Part shown: positions 33,349-43,846 of the stretch, piece after piece | How positions within the stretch are numbered: the first letter of the stretch is position 1 | How the letters are laid out: every line of letters starts with the position of its first letter | Program-made: the position numbers and the translations under genes | Notes under the pieces: model-generated | Databases searched by the model: none | Told to the model about the DNA's origin: nothing | The model's input: only the letters and a program-made list of their open reading frames with translations | Assembly (NCBI GenBank): GCA_054600435.1 | Contig: BAAIJX010000012.1 | Span: forward strand, 186,001-250,000 | Origin: Neophaeotheca triangularis | Lineage: Eukaryota | Length of the DNA: 64,000 nucleotides | Direction: 5' to 3'

Positions 33349-36210
33349 ATGGCTGAAGCCGCATCAAAAGGCCTGCCGTATGGACATTTTGGGCAGGCCG
33401 CCTACGACACAGAATCACAGCAATGGCGTTTTACCAGACGAGTGGGAGGAAGCCGCACGTTGCAAGTGCTTGGCGGGTCTGAAGTGATCCGCGAGCCAAC
33501 TGCCACAAAGCCGAATTCACACGAAGCCTCAAGAATCCGCCTTCCGCCAAGTCAAAAGGACGCGAAACAGGTCAGAGAACTTTTGCGTACTCTGCCGGAA
33601 GTGCAGCCTGCTACTGGTCTATTTTCGCCCTTACTTTGCGTCTCTGAAGCAATCATAGATGCCTCCGCTGTACGGCCACTTGAACATGACAATCTCCTCG
33701 CGATCGGACTGGTGCCATCGGAACTCACCCACAGAAGAGTCGAACTACTGGCCCACCCGACTGGTGCAAACGGAAGCGACTTGTTCCTCGCAACACTAAG
33801 CTCTCAGCGCCGGTACTGGAAAGGTAGCAAGTCTACGTGGCTCAACCTACCGATAGTGACTAGCGAGGACGCAACTTGGAGTGGCCCCGGAGTGCCCATC
33901 CAGCAATTATGCTTCGCGCAGCCTATAAGTCATGGCGACGTCTTTCTAGCTGTCCGCACGCCGATTGAGACAATCATCTTCCGCCCAGTGCTACGAAAGC
34001 ATCCACTGTCGTGCTCCACTTCTGCACTGGATTCCAATTTGGTTTGCAGGATTCCGATAGATAGAGAAGTCGGAGCTTCCCATGCGAATGTTTCATTTTG
34101 TCCTTGGCGCACGTCTAGGCTGGCAGTGATCGACGTGGAAGGCTCCTGCGTGGTACGGGACATAGAACCTCAGCGCAAGCGTCTAGGGAAGCAACTCTGC
34201 GTCTTCAAGGTTACCCAGGATATTCCCGGAGATGTCGACAATACTTGCAACGACGGGTGGGGGAGGGTAACTTGGGTTCTTGGGGAATCCTTCCTGCTTG
34301 TGGCCAACCGGAAGCAGATTTGTCTCTTCGACATCGCGAGAAATCCAGAGAGAGTTCTCGACTTAGATGCCGAGCTCAAGAAAGACACATCTCTGGTCCT
34401 AGACGTCCAACTGATCCCTGCGCGAAACGATGTTGCCTGCGTTTTGACCACAAGCCGGCTCCTCATATTCAGTTTTAGCGGTGTCGAAAAAGGCACGCCC
34501 AAGGCAGTATGCTTACTGGGTTGGCGACACCACATCTCGGCAGAGCTTCTCGACTTGCGCCTTTCCACCTTCGCGGATGGGAACGACGTGGCACTCCTTT
34601 TAAGATCCCAAACCGGTACCATGCAGACGACTTATCAGCTCACTCTAGGCGCATCCGGAATCTCCTACGCATTCGAGCCCGGCACTCTCGAGACTTTAGC
34701 TGAAACTCCCGCCCTGACTGACGTACTGATCCGACCGCTAGACTACGGTGGTAAAGCCAGCTCAACTGAGGGCGAAGACCGTGACAGACCGCGCTTCCTA
34801 GCCGCTCTCACGCTGGCCCGCGACCTTGCGGTCAGGCGAGAATTTCTGGCTAGCCGAGAATCTGGAACGCATAGCTTGGTTTCCATGCCAGGTGAGAAAG
34901 GTTTGACCAAAGCTGGAACTTCACGGCTTCCGAAAGAGCACTTTGTGACCGACGGTGACATGGACATGGAAAATGAGGCTCCGCTTAGACCCAAACCCAC
35001 ATCGCAGTATGTGCAGCATCGCTTGCTTTTGGCAAGTACTGCTTCAGAACCGCAGTGGACGATTAGCTACCGACCGACATGTCAGCACCTCTGCCAGCAG
35101 CCCGAGGATGATGCTATAAGCTTTGTCGAAGTCATCTCACGCGCCCGAGAGCAGACGACAAAGCAAGATGCTAGTGTAGATGCTTTTTCGACTCTACAGC
35201 AACTCGCAAATAGCCGTATAAGATTAGACGACATGAACGTCGCTGCCAGAAGCCTCAAAGGCTTTCTAGAGTCGACGCCCGAGAGTGCACCATCTTGGAC
35301 CGATGTCAACGAGGACCAATCTACGACAATCGCCGTGAAGCCCGTGAAATTCCCTGCAAACATGTACGAAGTCTTCAAGAATCGAGAGTTGACGTCGATC
35401 TACGACCGCATGATTCGACAATACGTGTCGACGCTATCTAGGGGTATCCCTGGCCGCACCAGATTGGCAAAAGATGAGACGGCTCGTCAGATAGCAGCGG
35501 ACGTCGTTCTATCTAGCCATATCCTAAGACCCAGCGCTCCCTACGCCCAAGGCGAACCGCATCAGTCGCAAAGTCAGGCTGAAAGCTGGGAACTACCTAT
35601 GCGAGCATCGTCTCAAATGTTTCCCGATTCGCAAATGTCTGAGTTACCCACTTCACAAACCGCACTCCCTACGCCTTCGCCAACGGCAACGCCTTCCGTG
35701 ACCACGGCCTCATATCCTGCTAGTATTGTGGCGCCTGAGGTCTCTCGCTTGAGCCGTTACACCACCTTCAACGGGCCTACACCTCCTGCTCTTCCGAAGG
35801 CGTTGAACCGTGTGCTGGCTCACTGGCCGCCTGGGACCGACCCGGCAAACTACGACTGGTTATCGACATATCGCCGGCTCGAGCAACCGAGCGAATCGGT
35901 CGATGAGGACATGACAGAGAAGGAACGCGCGCGTCTCCAGAGAAGGGCAGAACGTCATATACGTCGTCAGCGAAGGGAAGCGAAAGTAAGTGAACAGCAG
36001 CACATCGCAAGCAGTCAAGCACCGAGAGTCGCACCTAGTCAATCGCAGGGCTTGAGTCAAAAGCCCCCTCCGATGATGGGCAGTCAACCTGCAGCTGTTC
36101 TGGCTAGTAGTCAAAGTGTGGGTGCAGGGCAGATTCCAGCTGCTAGTCAAGTGGAAAGGGGAAAGTTTGGAGGCAAGCCGCCGAAGAAGAAGAGAAAGCA
36201 GGGGTTTTGA
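33349..36210 (+). CDS. RRN6: RNA polymerase I core factor subunit Rrn6-like, ~953 aa
   Basis: N-terminal LPYGHFGQAAYD..W.F.R; beta-propeller features (HANVSFCPW, DGWGRVTWV); HWPPGTDPANYDW; C-terminal SQVERGKFGG..KKKRKQGF, typical of Pezizomycotina Rrn6. Divergent from SPC25 across ~385 bp. Confidence 0.85.
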   Translation: MAEAASKGLPYGHFGQAAYDTESQQWRFTRRVGGSRTLQVLGGSEVIREPTATKPNSHEASRIRLPPSQKDAKQVRELLRTLPEVQPATGLFSPLLCVSEAIIDASAVRPLEHDNLLAIGLVPSELTHRRVELLAHPTGANGSDLFLATLSSQRRYWKGSKSTWLNLPIVTSEDATWSGPGVPIQQLCFAQPISHGDVFLAVRTPIETIIFRPVLRKHPLSCSTSALDSNLVCRIPIDREVGASHANVSFCPWRTSRLAVIDVEGSCVVRDIEPQRKRLGKQLCVFKVTQDIPGDVDNTCNDGWGRVTWVLGESFLLVANRKQICLFDIARNPERVLDLDAELKKDTSLVLDVQLIPARNDVACVLTTSRLLIFSFSGVEKGTPKAVCLLGWRHHISAELLDLRLSTFADGNDVALLLRSQTGTMQTTYQLTLGASGISYAFEPGTLETLAETPALTDVLIRPLDYGGKASSTEGEDRDRPRFLAALTLARDLAVRREFLASRESGTHSLVSMPGEKGLTKAGTSRLPKEHFVTDGDMDMENEAPLRPKPTSQYVQHRLLLASTASEPQWTISYRPTCQHLCQQPEDDAISFVEVISRAREQTTKQDASVDAFSTLQQLANSRIRLDDMNVAARSLKGFLESTPESAPSWTDVNEDQSTTIAVKPVKFPANMYEVFKNRELTSIYDRMIRQYVSTLSRGIPGRTRLAKDETARQIAADVVLSSHILRPSAPYAQGEPHQSQSQAESWELPMRASSQMFPDSQMSELPTSQTALPTPSPTATPSVTTASYPASIVAPEVSRLSRYTTFNGPTPPALPKALNRVLAHWPPGTDPANYDWLSTYRRLEQPSESVDEDMTEKERARLQRRAERHIRRQRREAKVSEQQHIASSQAPRVAPSQSQGLSQKPPPMMGSQPAAVLASSQSVGAGQIPAASQVERGKFGGKPPKKKRKQGF

Positions 36211-36930
36211 TGATGAACCAATGTTTCAGTATTTCCGCCCGAAGTACCTTGCATAAAGAGCCTCCGACCTCGCCGTTCTTCGTATTGAACGACTGCTCAG
36301 GTGATGATGAGGTCGAGATCCAGTCGCATTGGCCCGCGTTTTACCCCAGACACTACGGGGTACTACCCCGCAAACCTTAAAAATGCCCCACTATCAGCTG
36401 CGTCCCAGGGCAAGGACGGCATGGACGATATCAAAGGACCCGAAGAGGGAGGCCAAATGGCTCATTACTAGCTAACAGCAGCATATTGTAATACAAAGAA
36501 CCTCAAGAAAGAATATTTGCCTCTGCAAGGTCCAATCGCAACTGGGGTCAAGTAGAAGTCACCTGACAGATGCATCCAGCTCCGCGACTGCCCCTTGCGA
36601 CGCCGGAGCATGATCGCGTGATCAACATGGGAAGCTTCATGAGCACCTCGAGAGCTGTCGTAAGACCCGTGGACGGCGGCGGGACATGATAAGCTGGAAA
36701 CACTGCCCGGGCTCCATCGAGGGCAGGTCACGAGGCCACCCCGCTCCAAGCACCAGAGCTCTTGCTCTTCCATTGACCTCCCAAGACCTTCCCACTTCTC
36801 TTCCTCCTTTCTTCTCACCACCTTTTCTGAGTCTTCTGTTCCTGACGACTGCACTCCATCCCAAGCTCACAGCACCAAAACATCTGTAAACTCTCCCACT
36901 CGTCTTACTCGACGAACAAACTTCACAACA

Positions 36931-37782
36931 ATGGCCGCCGAAGTAGCAGAAAGCACTGCGCCCCTTAGCAAGGTCGACAGCGCTATTTCTGAAGGTCATG
37001 CATCCCCCGGAGAGAGCAAGATCAAGCACCGTCGGACCAGCAGTACTGTGTCAGGTGTCTTCAACATCAACGACATGGGTGAGTCGAATTTCTTGCTCTC
37101 TACATTTTGCCTCATCTGGCTGGTACGGCCAGGCTGACTGTCCCCTGCAGAAAAGGAAGGAGCCGACCTAAAGATTGCTCCCGAGACGCAGAAACTGAAC
37201 TGGTGAGTCCCATCGTGCAGTAAACATCTGCTTACCAGGAGTACCGATGTCTACCTCAGATGGCAGCCACCGCGCTGAGCAATGGTAACCTTGGCATAGA
37301 AACCATCAGCTAATATCTCGCGTCTAGGAAAATCAACACCTCGCCACAGTCGATAGACGACAAGGACTACCTCAAGAAATACCTGACCGACCCACCGATC
37401 AAGAAGATCGACCTTCACTTCCCGCTGGGTCTCGAAGTCACGGCTCGCAACATGAAGGGCGTGACCATCAAAGACGCCATGGATGCTATCCACAAACAGT
37501 TCAAGAAGAAGGTATGCCACTCCATCACTCTAATCATCATTGTCCCCAAGTCGGTGATGTTTGGCAGTAGTCTTTCGACGCGTAAGGGCATGACTGACTT
37601 GAAAATTTCGTGACATTCAGGCAGACGATGAGCTCGAAGCCCCCTACCTCGCAGGTTTCGAGTGGGACCGGGAAGAGTGCTACACGAAATTCATCGTGCA
37701 CCAGAAGAAGACCGGGGAGGCTGCGGCGCCCGCTGGTGGCAAGAAGAAGAACAAGGCGAAGAAGGAGGAGGGCGAGGAATAG
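36931..37782 (+). CDS. Conserved hypothetical protein, ~181 aa; exons 36931-37078, 37151-37202, 37328-37511, 37621-37782
   Basis: Three GT-AG introns give a continuous frame: ...HRRTSSTVSGVFNINDMEKEGADLKIAPETQKLNWKINTSP...IDLHFPLGLEVTARNMKGVTIKDAMDAIHKQFKKKADDELEAPYLAGFEWD...KKEEGEE*. Confidence 0.85.
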
Positions 37783-38366
37783 AATTCTCCATGGCCTAGG
37801 CTGGAGAGTGATGTCGGAGAATGCTGTCATGGCTCTTGCGGCATCGGCTTGCTATCTTGCTTGCCTACGATCGTCGATGATCCCTATATTGACGGAAGTG
37901 TTATTAGCTGATGGGCGCCTGTCAAGGCTGAAGTGGTAGATTAGGAACTTAATCAGTAATTGCCACATGAATGAACCTTGACCCTCATCTTCAATGCGCA
38001 GTGACTTTCATTTAATCCAGTGACCGGAGCTGTATCATGCCTTTTGCTTTCAGAAAGGTGCGTCGGTGCAAATCCGGGATTGCTCTCGTGCAAGAACAGG
38101 AGACACGTAGCTTGCAACTTCCGCTTCAGAGACTCGGTAACTCGAGCATGTAGGCATGGAAAAGTTAAGAGTATTGAATAAATCCGACCAAAACTGTCTA
38201 TATTTATCAAGAGGGTATTGACCAGAGAAAAGCAAAAGACTCAAAAACGACAACGCTTCAAAAACCCCCGCCAGCTTCCCCTGCCATTACATCCTCCACC
38301 TCCCCGAAATAACCCAAGATCTACCAACTAAACACCGAATCAGCAAACCGAAAGAAACCCCCCAAA

Positions 38367-39575
38367 TCAAGGTTTAGCAAACTTCTTCCCCAAAAACAAG
38401 CCCTCCCTCGTCCCCAAAAAGTAATCCTTCCCCTTGGCCATACTAATCGCAAACCCAGGCATCTGCCAACCGCTAAAAGCCCCCACTCCCGTCTTAGCAC
38501 CCACGGGCACCAATTGCGTCTCGCCCGGTTTGAAATGGTACTGGCGCTCGCCAACGGCGCCGCTCACGCCGGCCTCTTTGAAGAGATCGTATTGGAAATT
38601 CGCGCCGAAGACTGGGACGGCGTTGTAGAGGTTCAGGATGCCGCCGGCGTCGTAGCCGCCCACGTCGCCGAGAGCGTAGCAGCGCGCGCCCAGGCCGGGC
38701 AGGCGGAGGGTTTGCGCGTTGCTGGCCAGGTACGAGGTTTGCGGGTTGAGGGCCTGCGGGGGGAGGAAGGAGGTGTTGGGTTTGACGCCGACGCAGGGGA
38801 TGTACAAGTCGCAGGTGCGGGTGGTGCCGTCGGAGAAGGTGAGGGTGGTTTTGCTTGGGTCGGCTGAAGAGGGCGCCGAGGAGGTGATGTGTTGGTTGTA
38901 GACTGTTTTGACGTTGAGTTTGGCGAGTTGGCCTTCGGCTTTGGTGGAGAGGGAGGGGCGCAGGACGGGGAGGAGCTTTTTGCCCCCCGTGATGAGGGTG
39001 ATGTTGGTGTTGCTCAGGTGGCTACCGAGTTCGCCCGCCGTCTCGACGGCTACGGGGCCGCCGCCGCCGATTACTATGTCTTTGGCTTTGGGGAGGGCGG
39101 TGTTCATGTCGTCGAGGGCGTTGATGGTGATGGTGTGGTCGCCTTGGAGCGTTGTCAGGGGTGTTGGGGAGCGAGTTCCGGTGGCGATGACGAGGGCGTA
39201 GTAGCTGAGAGTGTTGGATGCGGTTCCTTGGTCATCTTTGTCGCCGCTTTTGAGCGTCAGAGTGCGGGTTTCGGGGTCGAGGCTCGTGACTTCGGCGTGG
39301 TGGATGTGGATCGAGTCTTTGAGGTTGGTGTATTGCTTGAAGCCGTCTTTGATCGGGATAAAGGTCTTGTCGTGGGGCATTTCTTTGGTAGAGACCATTT
39401 CCCTAGGAGCCGCCAGTCGCCACCAGAAGTGTGTCGATGGGTCGATGATGTGGAACTCGTATTTGGCATCTTTCTTCTGCTGGAGCTTGGGAAGGGTGTG
39501 TTGCAGGATGTGGTGCGCTCCTGCGATTCCTGCAAAAGATGCTCCGAGAACTACAATATTGCGTGTTTCCGACAT
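38367..39575 (-). CDS. AIF/AMID-like FAD/NAD(P)H-dependent oxidoreductase, 402 aa
   Basis: IVVLGASFAG (FAD), YYALVIATG, IVIGGGGPVAVETAGE (NAD) and YALGD motifs. Confidence 0.9.
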   Translation of the reverse strand: MSETRNIVVLGASFAGIAGAHHILQHTLPKLQQKKDAKYEFHIIDPSTHFWWRLAAPREMVSTKEMPHDKTFIPIKDGFKQYTNLKDSIHIHHAEVTSLDPETRTLTLKSGDKDDQGTASNTLSYYALVIATGTRSPTPLTTLQGDHTITINALDDMNTALPKAKDIVIGGGGPVAVETAGELGSHLSNTNITLITGGKKLLPVLRPSLSTKAEGQLAKLNVKTVYNQHITSSAPSSADPSKTTLTFSDGTTRTCDLYIPCVGVKPNTSFLPPQALNPQTSYLASNAQTLRLPGLGARCYALGDVGGYDAGGILNLYNAVPVFGANFQYDLFKEAGVSGAVGERQYHFKPGETQLVPVGAKTGVGAFSGWQMPGFAISMAKGKDYFLGTREGLFLGKKFAKP

Positions 39576-40385
39576 GGCTTGAGGTTACTGCTGAAGAGGC
39601 AATGGGCGTCCGGGTGCTATTACAGCAAAGTAGATGTTATGACCAGGGAGTGTCGATTAGTTGTCGAGGTGGCGCCAGAAAAATTACCTCTGCTTCTCAG
39701 TCGCAACTGTGTCCGCGGGTCTTGTAGAAATAAAAACCAAACAAACAGGGGGTGGAGCAGAAGTCGTTGAAAGTCTTGGGGAGCCGTCGGCGAGCTTGAT
39801 ATATAAATAGTTGTCAGCAGACACACTAAGTCAGCTTGAGAGTGTGAGATGTGGTCCGTCTTTGAAATTGAATAATGTGAGAGAGCGTTGTGTTTTCGAA
39901 GAAAAGAGACGAGAAGAAAGAAGCCCTCATATATACTCAAAGAGACGTGTAGTTCTCACAACATTGATGAGGTCAAAGAAGGCCTGACGACCAGAAAATG
40001 TCCGAAGCGCGAGGGCGACGGGTTGCGCCAAAGGTTCCGAAAGCGTAACTCTATTTAATTATCAACAGTAAGTTACTGATTACAATAGCCTAGATCGCCT
40101 AGACCTTTGCTTGCAAAGGCTTAGAAATTACATGCTTATTTCTACGTAGAGCAGTACATTGTACTACTAAGGTACTGACGAAAGTGAGACGGCCGAATGT
40201 GCAAATGTCTGCTAATTAGCGGTATTTACCACGTTCGAGTTTACGAACGATCAGCGACTTGACGGTGCGTTGGTGTTTTACAATTGCAATGCATGGTAAG
40301 CGTCTGCCCTAGACTCGAAAGTGTTTCGCCAGAGCAGAATGGTATGATACAGTGAGAGGTTTTCTTGTGTCTCAGTCGCCCTCCC

Positions 40386-41448
40386 TCAAACGAGCCTCCT
40401 CTCAGCCCTCCTAATCAACTCCTCATACACCGTCCAAGCCAAAGCACTACTAACAGCCTTGCGCCCAATCCGCAAACTAAGCCCATCAAACATACTCCTC
40501 AGTCCTTCCTCCTTGAGCATCAGCTTTGCCCCCTGCACCATATTCGCATACTTGCGCGGCATAATCTGCAACCGCGTCTTGATAGCATCAAAAGGATTCG
40601 TGAGCGTCGTCGCCGCGACGGCCGCGACGACCCCAGAAGCAAAGTTCACACTGGCAGCGCCATAAACCGTCGTCGTCGACCTCGCCTTCGCCTTCTTTCC
40701 CCCATCATCACCATCACCCCCCTCTCCTTCCACAGCCCTCACAGCCCCCAACCTCGCCTTCGCGTTCTCGTAAACCAACACGTACAGGCCCGCGTACGGC
40801 GCATCACGCACAGCGGTGGCGCCGAAACCGGCAAAAAACCCGCGCAGCCCTTCGCGCCCGAGGACATCCCTGCCCGCTCCCGCCAGCGTCGTGTAATTGT
40901 AGTAGGAGCTCTCATACCGCACCTTGAGCACGGTGACGGGGTTCATGATGAAGCCGGCGGCAACCCTTGCAGCGGCACCGGTGGACAGATTGGCCAAATT
41001 GCCCAATTTCGGTAGCGCGGAGCTATCGCTCTTGTTGTTGTTGGTGGTGGTGGTGGTGGTGTTGCCGCTGCCGCCGATGGTCGCCGGGAGAGCGGCCGCG
41101 TGGCTGCGCAGCTGGTTCAGCATGCCGAAGTACAGGGCGCTGCCGAAGCCTGTGCGGATGACCGAGGGGGTTGTGCCGCGCCATAGTTGCTGCAAGGGTT
41201 GCGGGCCGGCGAGGACGGAGCGCAGGACCGAGGTCAGGGTCGCGGAGCGGGATTGCTGGATGCGGGTTTTGAGGAGGTCGGCGGGCTGCAGGAGGAAGGC
41301 GGAGGTGCAGCCTGAGGTTAGGCCGGCGAGGAAGTGGAAGCCTGGTTGGGTGGGAGTTAGGAGTGAGGGCAGTGGATGGATGCATGGATGGGTCGCGGTT
41401 TTGTTGCTTACCTGTCGACGCTTTTTGCTTTGCAGCGCCATCGGACAT
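40386..41448 (-). CDS. HEM25: Mitochondrial carrier, glycine transporter Hem25/SLC25A38, ~330 aa; exons 41448-41412, 41341-40386
   Basis: Three carrier signature repeats ([27 protein letters not shown]); [19 protein letters not shown] and [14 protein letters not shown], characteristic of SLC25A38. Intron 41411-41342. Confidence 0.9.
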
Positions 41449-42086
41449 TGCAGTTGTGGAGTTAGTACATTGTGGCTCTCGTCAAGTGCCCTGGGCCTTT
41501 TTCAAAGGCGGACGCTTGTGGCCATGATGAAGAATGGCTTTTGTAATGATATATTAGACTGTTTGCTGCGAAACTCGGGTCGGCCAGCAGCGAATCAGCA
41601 AAAAAAGCGCGTCTCGCGTGTTGGAGATGAGGTCATGGACTTTCAATTGAACTCGAGTCAGGGCATCGAGGGCAACGACTGTTCTCTAAAAGCTAAACTA
41701 CCTAGCTAACTTATGTCTCTATATCCAACAACAAAACATGAGAGAAGCAAATTCATTACCGTTAGTAGAAGACCGGCAGAGGCGCAGAATAATGTCGCGC
41801 AGTATGAAGAAAAGGGTTCGTTGCGATCATACGGACATGGCTAACTACACGCCTAGCACCACTCACTCTCTCATTCACCCCATCCATCCACATAGTTTCC
41901 GCTCATCACTATTATGTACAGCCAACCGCCACCCCACACTCCTTTACATCAACTAAGCGTCCGAAAGACCTCACAAACAAACCACCCACCGTAACATCAC
42001 AAGCACGTCCCCATCTGCGGTGAAGCACTCAAGATACGGCTTTAGAGCTTTCTCTCCTCGCGTGAGTGTTAACAAGAACAATCCCC

Positions 42087-42767
42087 TCAACTCCTCTCAT
42101 CAGCATCTTCAATCTTGACTCTAAGCTTCGCACGTTTCTGCGCCTCCTCTTCACCCACCCCCTCCCTGCCGTCATCCTCCGCCTTCCTCTTCGCGCCCAT
42201 GGAAGCCTGCTGCTGCGTAATCTTTGGCGCCTGCGCAGCTCCCACGCGCATCCCTCCTTCCGGGGGCTCGACAGGCGTCGGCAACTGAGCATTATTGGGA
42301 GTAGCAGCAGCCGTCGCCGTCGCACTTGCCGGCACCGGAACGTTGGGGAGTTTGGGCTTGACACCAAAGTTCCCAATGACATTCCTATCGCCAACGATGG
42401 TGGTGCCGCAGTTGACGGTGAGGTTGACTTTGATGCGCGGTTTACGGCTCTGAAGAGCGTTGGCGTTGTTGAGCTGGGTGATGGCTTGCAGCAGCACGGT
42501 GCTAAAGCGCGAAGCTTCCATCATGGGCGATGGTGTGGTGGGGACTAGGTTGTTGTGGCCGTGGATTTGGTTGGCGGCGTTGATGGTCAGGTTGATGGGG
42601 TGTGTGGGGGTGTCATCGTCGGAGTCATCGTCTGAGTCGGCGTCGTCGTCGTCGTCTTGATAGGGTGGTGGTGGGGCTGTGGCGTCGACTGATGGTGCGG
42701 GCGCAGTGGTTTGTTGGCGAGCGCGTTCGGCCATGATCTTTTGTGTAAGATGGGTTAGATCGCTCAT
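42087..42767 (-). CDS. Hypothetical protein, ~226 aa
   Basis: PPPPY plus an acidic tract; two similar beta-strand motifs (INLTINAANQIHGHNNLV and VNLTVNCGTTIVGDRNVI); C-terminal bipartite-NLS-like KRKA...KRAK. TATA-like element near 42862. Confidence 0.7.
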   Translation of the reverse strand: MSDLTHLTQKIMAERARQQTTAPAPSVDATAPPPPYQDDDDDADSDDDSDDDTPTHPINLTINAANQIHGHNNLVPTTPSPMMEASRFSTVLLQAITQLNNANALQSRKPRIKVNLTVNCGTTIVGDRNVIGNFGVKPKLPNVPVPASATATAAATPNNAQLPTPVEPPEGGMRVGAAQAPKITQQQASMGAKRKAEDDGREGVGEEEAQKRAKLRVKIEDADERS

Positions 42768-43265
42768 GGTTGGTGCAGGTTTGGTCTGGATTGGGTGTTG
42801 CGCACGATGCACGATCTCTAGAGGACGATGCTATGCGCGTTGAAGGGGCGGTTTGGTCCCTTATATAGGGTGCTTCCTGCTTGTTGTTGCGATCTGGAGG
42901 CTGCGACAAGGGGAGGAGGTGTTGCTTGGTGATGGCAACAATAAGTCAGGATTTTCTCTCAGGTGATCTGTCGAAAGGGCGCAGATGCGAAGAGAGGGTT
43001 GGAGAATATCAATCACACTGCGACGTCTGGAAAAGGCAAGAATGGTCGGTGTTGGGTAAGGGTAGAGCAGAGTTCAGTTGAGACAGAATAATAGATGTAT
43101 GCCTGAGGCTCGATGATGGATGGTATGTCGAGAGTGAGGTCAACAAGTAAGAAGAGTGGAAGTGATGTGTAGTGAGGTGAAAGTGTAGAGATAGATATAG
43201 GGAGACTCTTTTCAACCTCACTTATTGACGACGAGTAGGAGAGGGTGGGTACATAGTACTTATTC

Positions 43266-43591
43266 CTATTGTTGGTGGGTGGCGGGCAACGCTGCTATTG
43301 TCGCTCAGCTTCCCTATTGATGCCGGTCGTGTGTCACACCACCGCGACCACTCCAAACTTTTGCTATTGACCCGGAGGCAACAGCCCGGGCAAGAAGGTG
43401 ACTGACCTGGCATCCGACTCATACTCTGTCGACTGTGCCGCGTCTTACTATTGGGAGCACGACCAATTATTTTATCTTGCGGGCTGGTTTTCGCGTTTGT
43501 ATCAGGTATCATCCTGACACTCGAACTTGCTGAGCGGAGGTGGAGTTACATAAGGTAGGTTGCTATTGTCGGCTTTTCAAGGTTGCTATTG
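43266..43591. promoter_or_regulatory. Array of seven same-orientation CTATTG motifs (HMG/alpha-box-like sites)
   Basis: CTATTG at 43266, 43295, 43314, 43364, 43448, 43563 and 43586; three are extended as TGCTATTGTCG. Confidence 0.6.
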
Positions 43592-43846
43592 TCGCTTGGT
43601 CTGTGCAGTTTGTGCCAAGGCTGCAAGGGTGTACTAACGACCCGGATTATACCACTAGTACTGTATACATGGCTGTCGATACCAAATCTAGGCACAAATG
43701 GTATGACTGACTAGCAGTCGGAGCAAGATAGCCCACATCAATCTACAACATCTCCTTCCAAACGCAGAAATCCCACATATCCAAACATTTTCCCGCTCAC
43801 GAACAATCTGCCACCTACTCCACTCCTAACCACCCACCAAAGCCCA

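Noticed and set aside
41818..41850. GTTGCGATCATAC resembling a 5S rRNA 5' end
   Set aside because: The similarity stops after ~13 nt; no internal box A/C or 3' stem.
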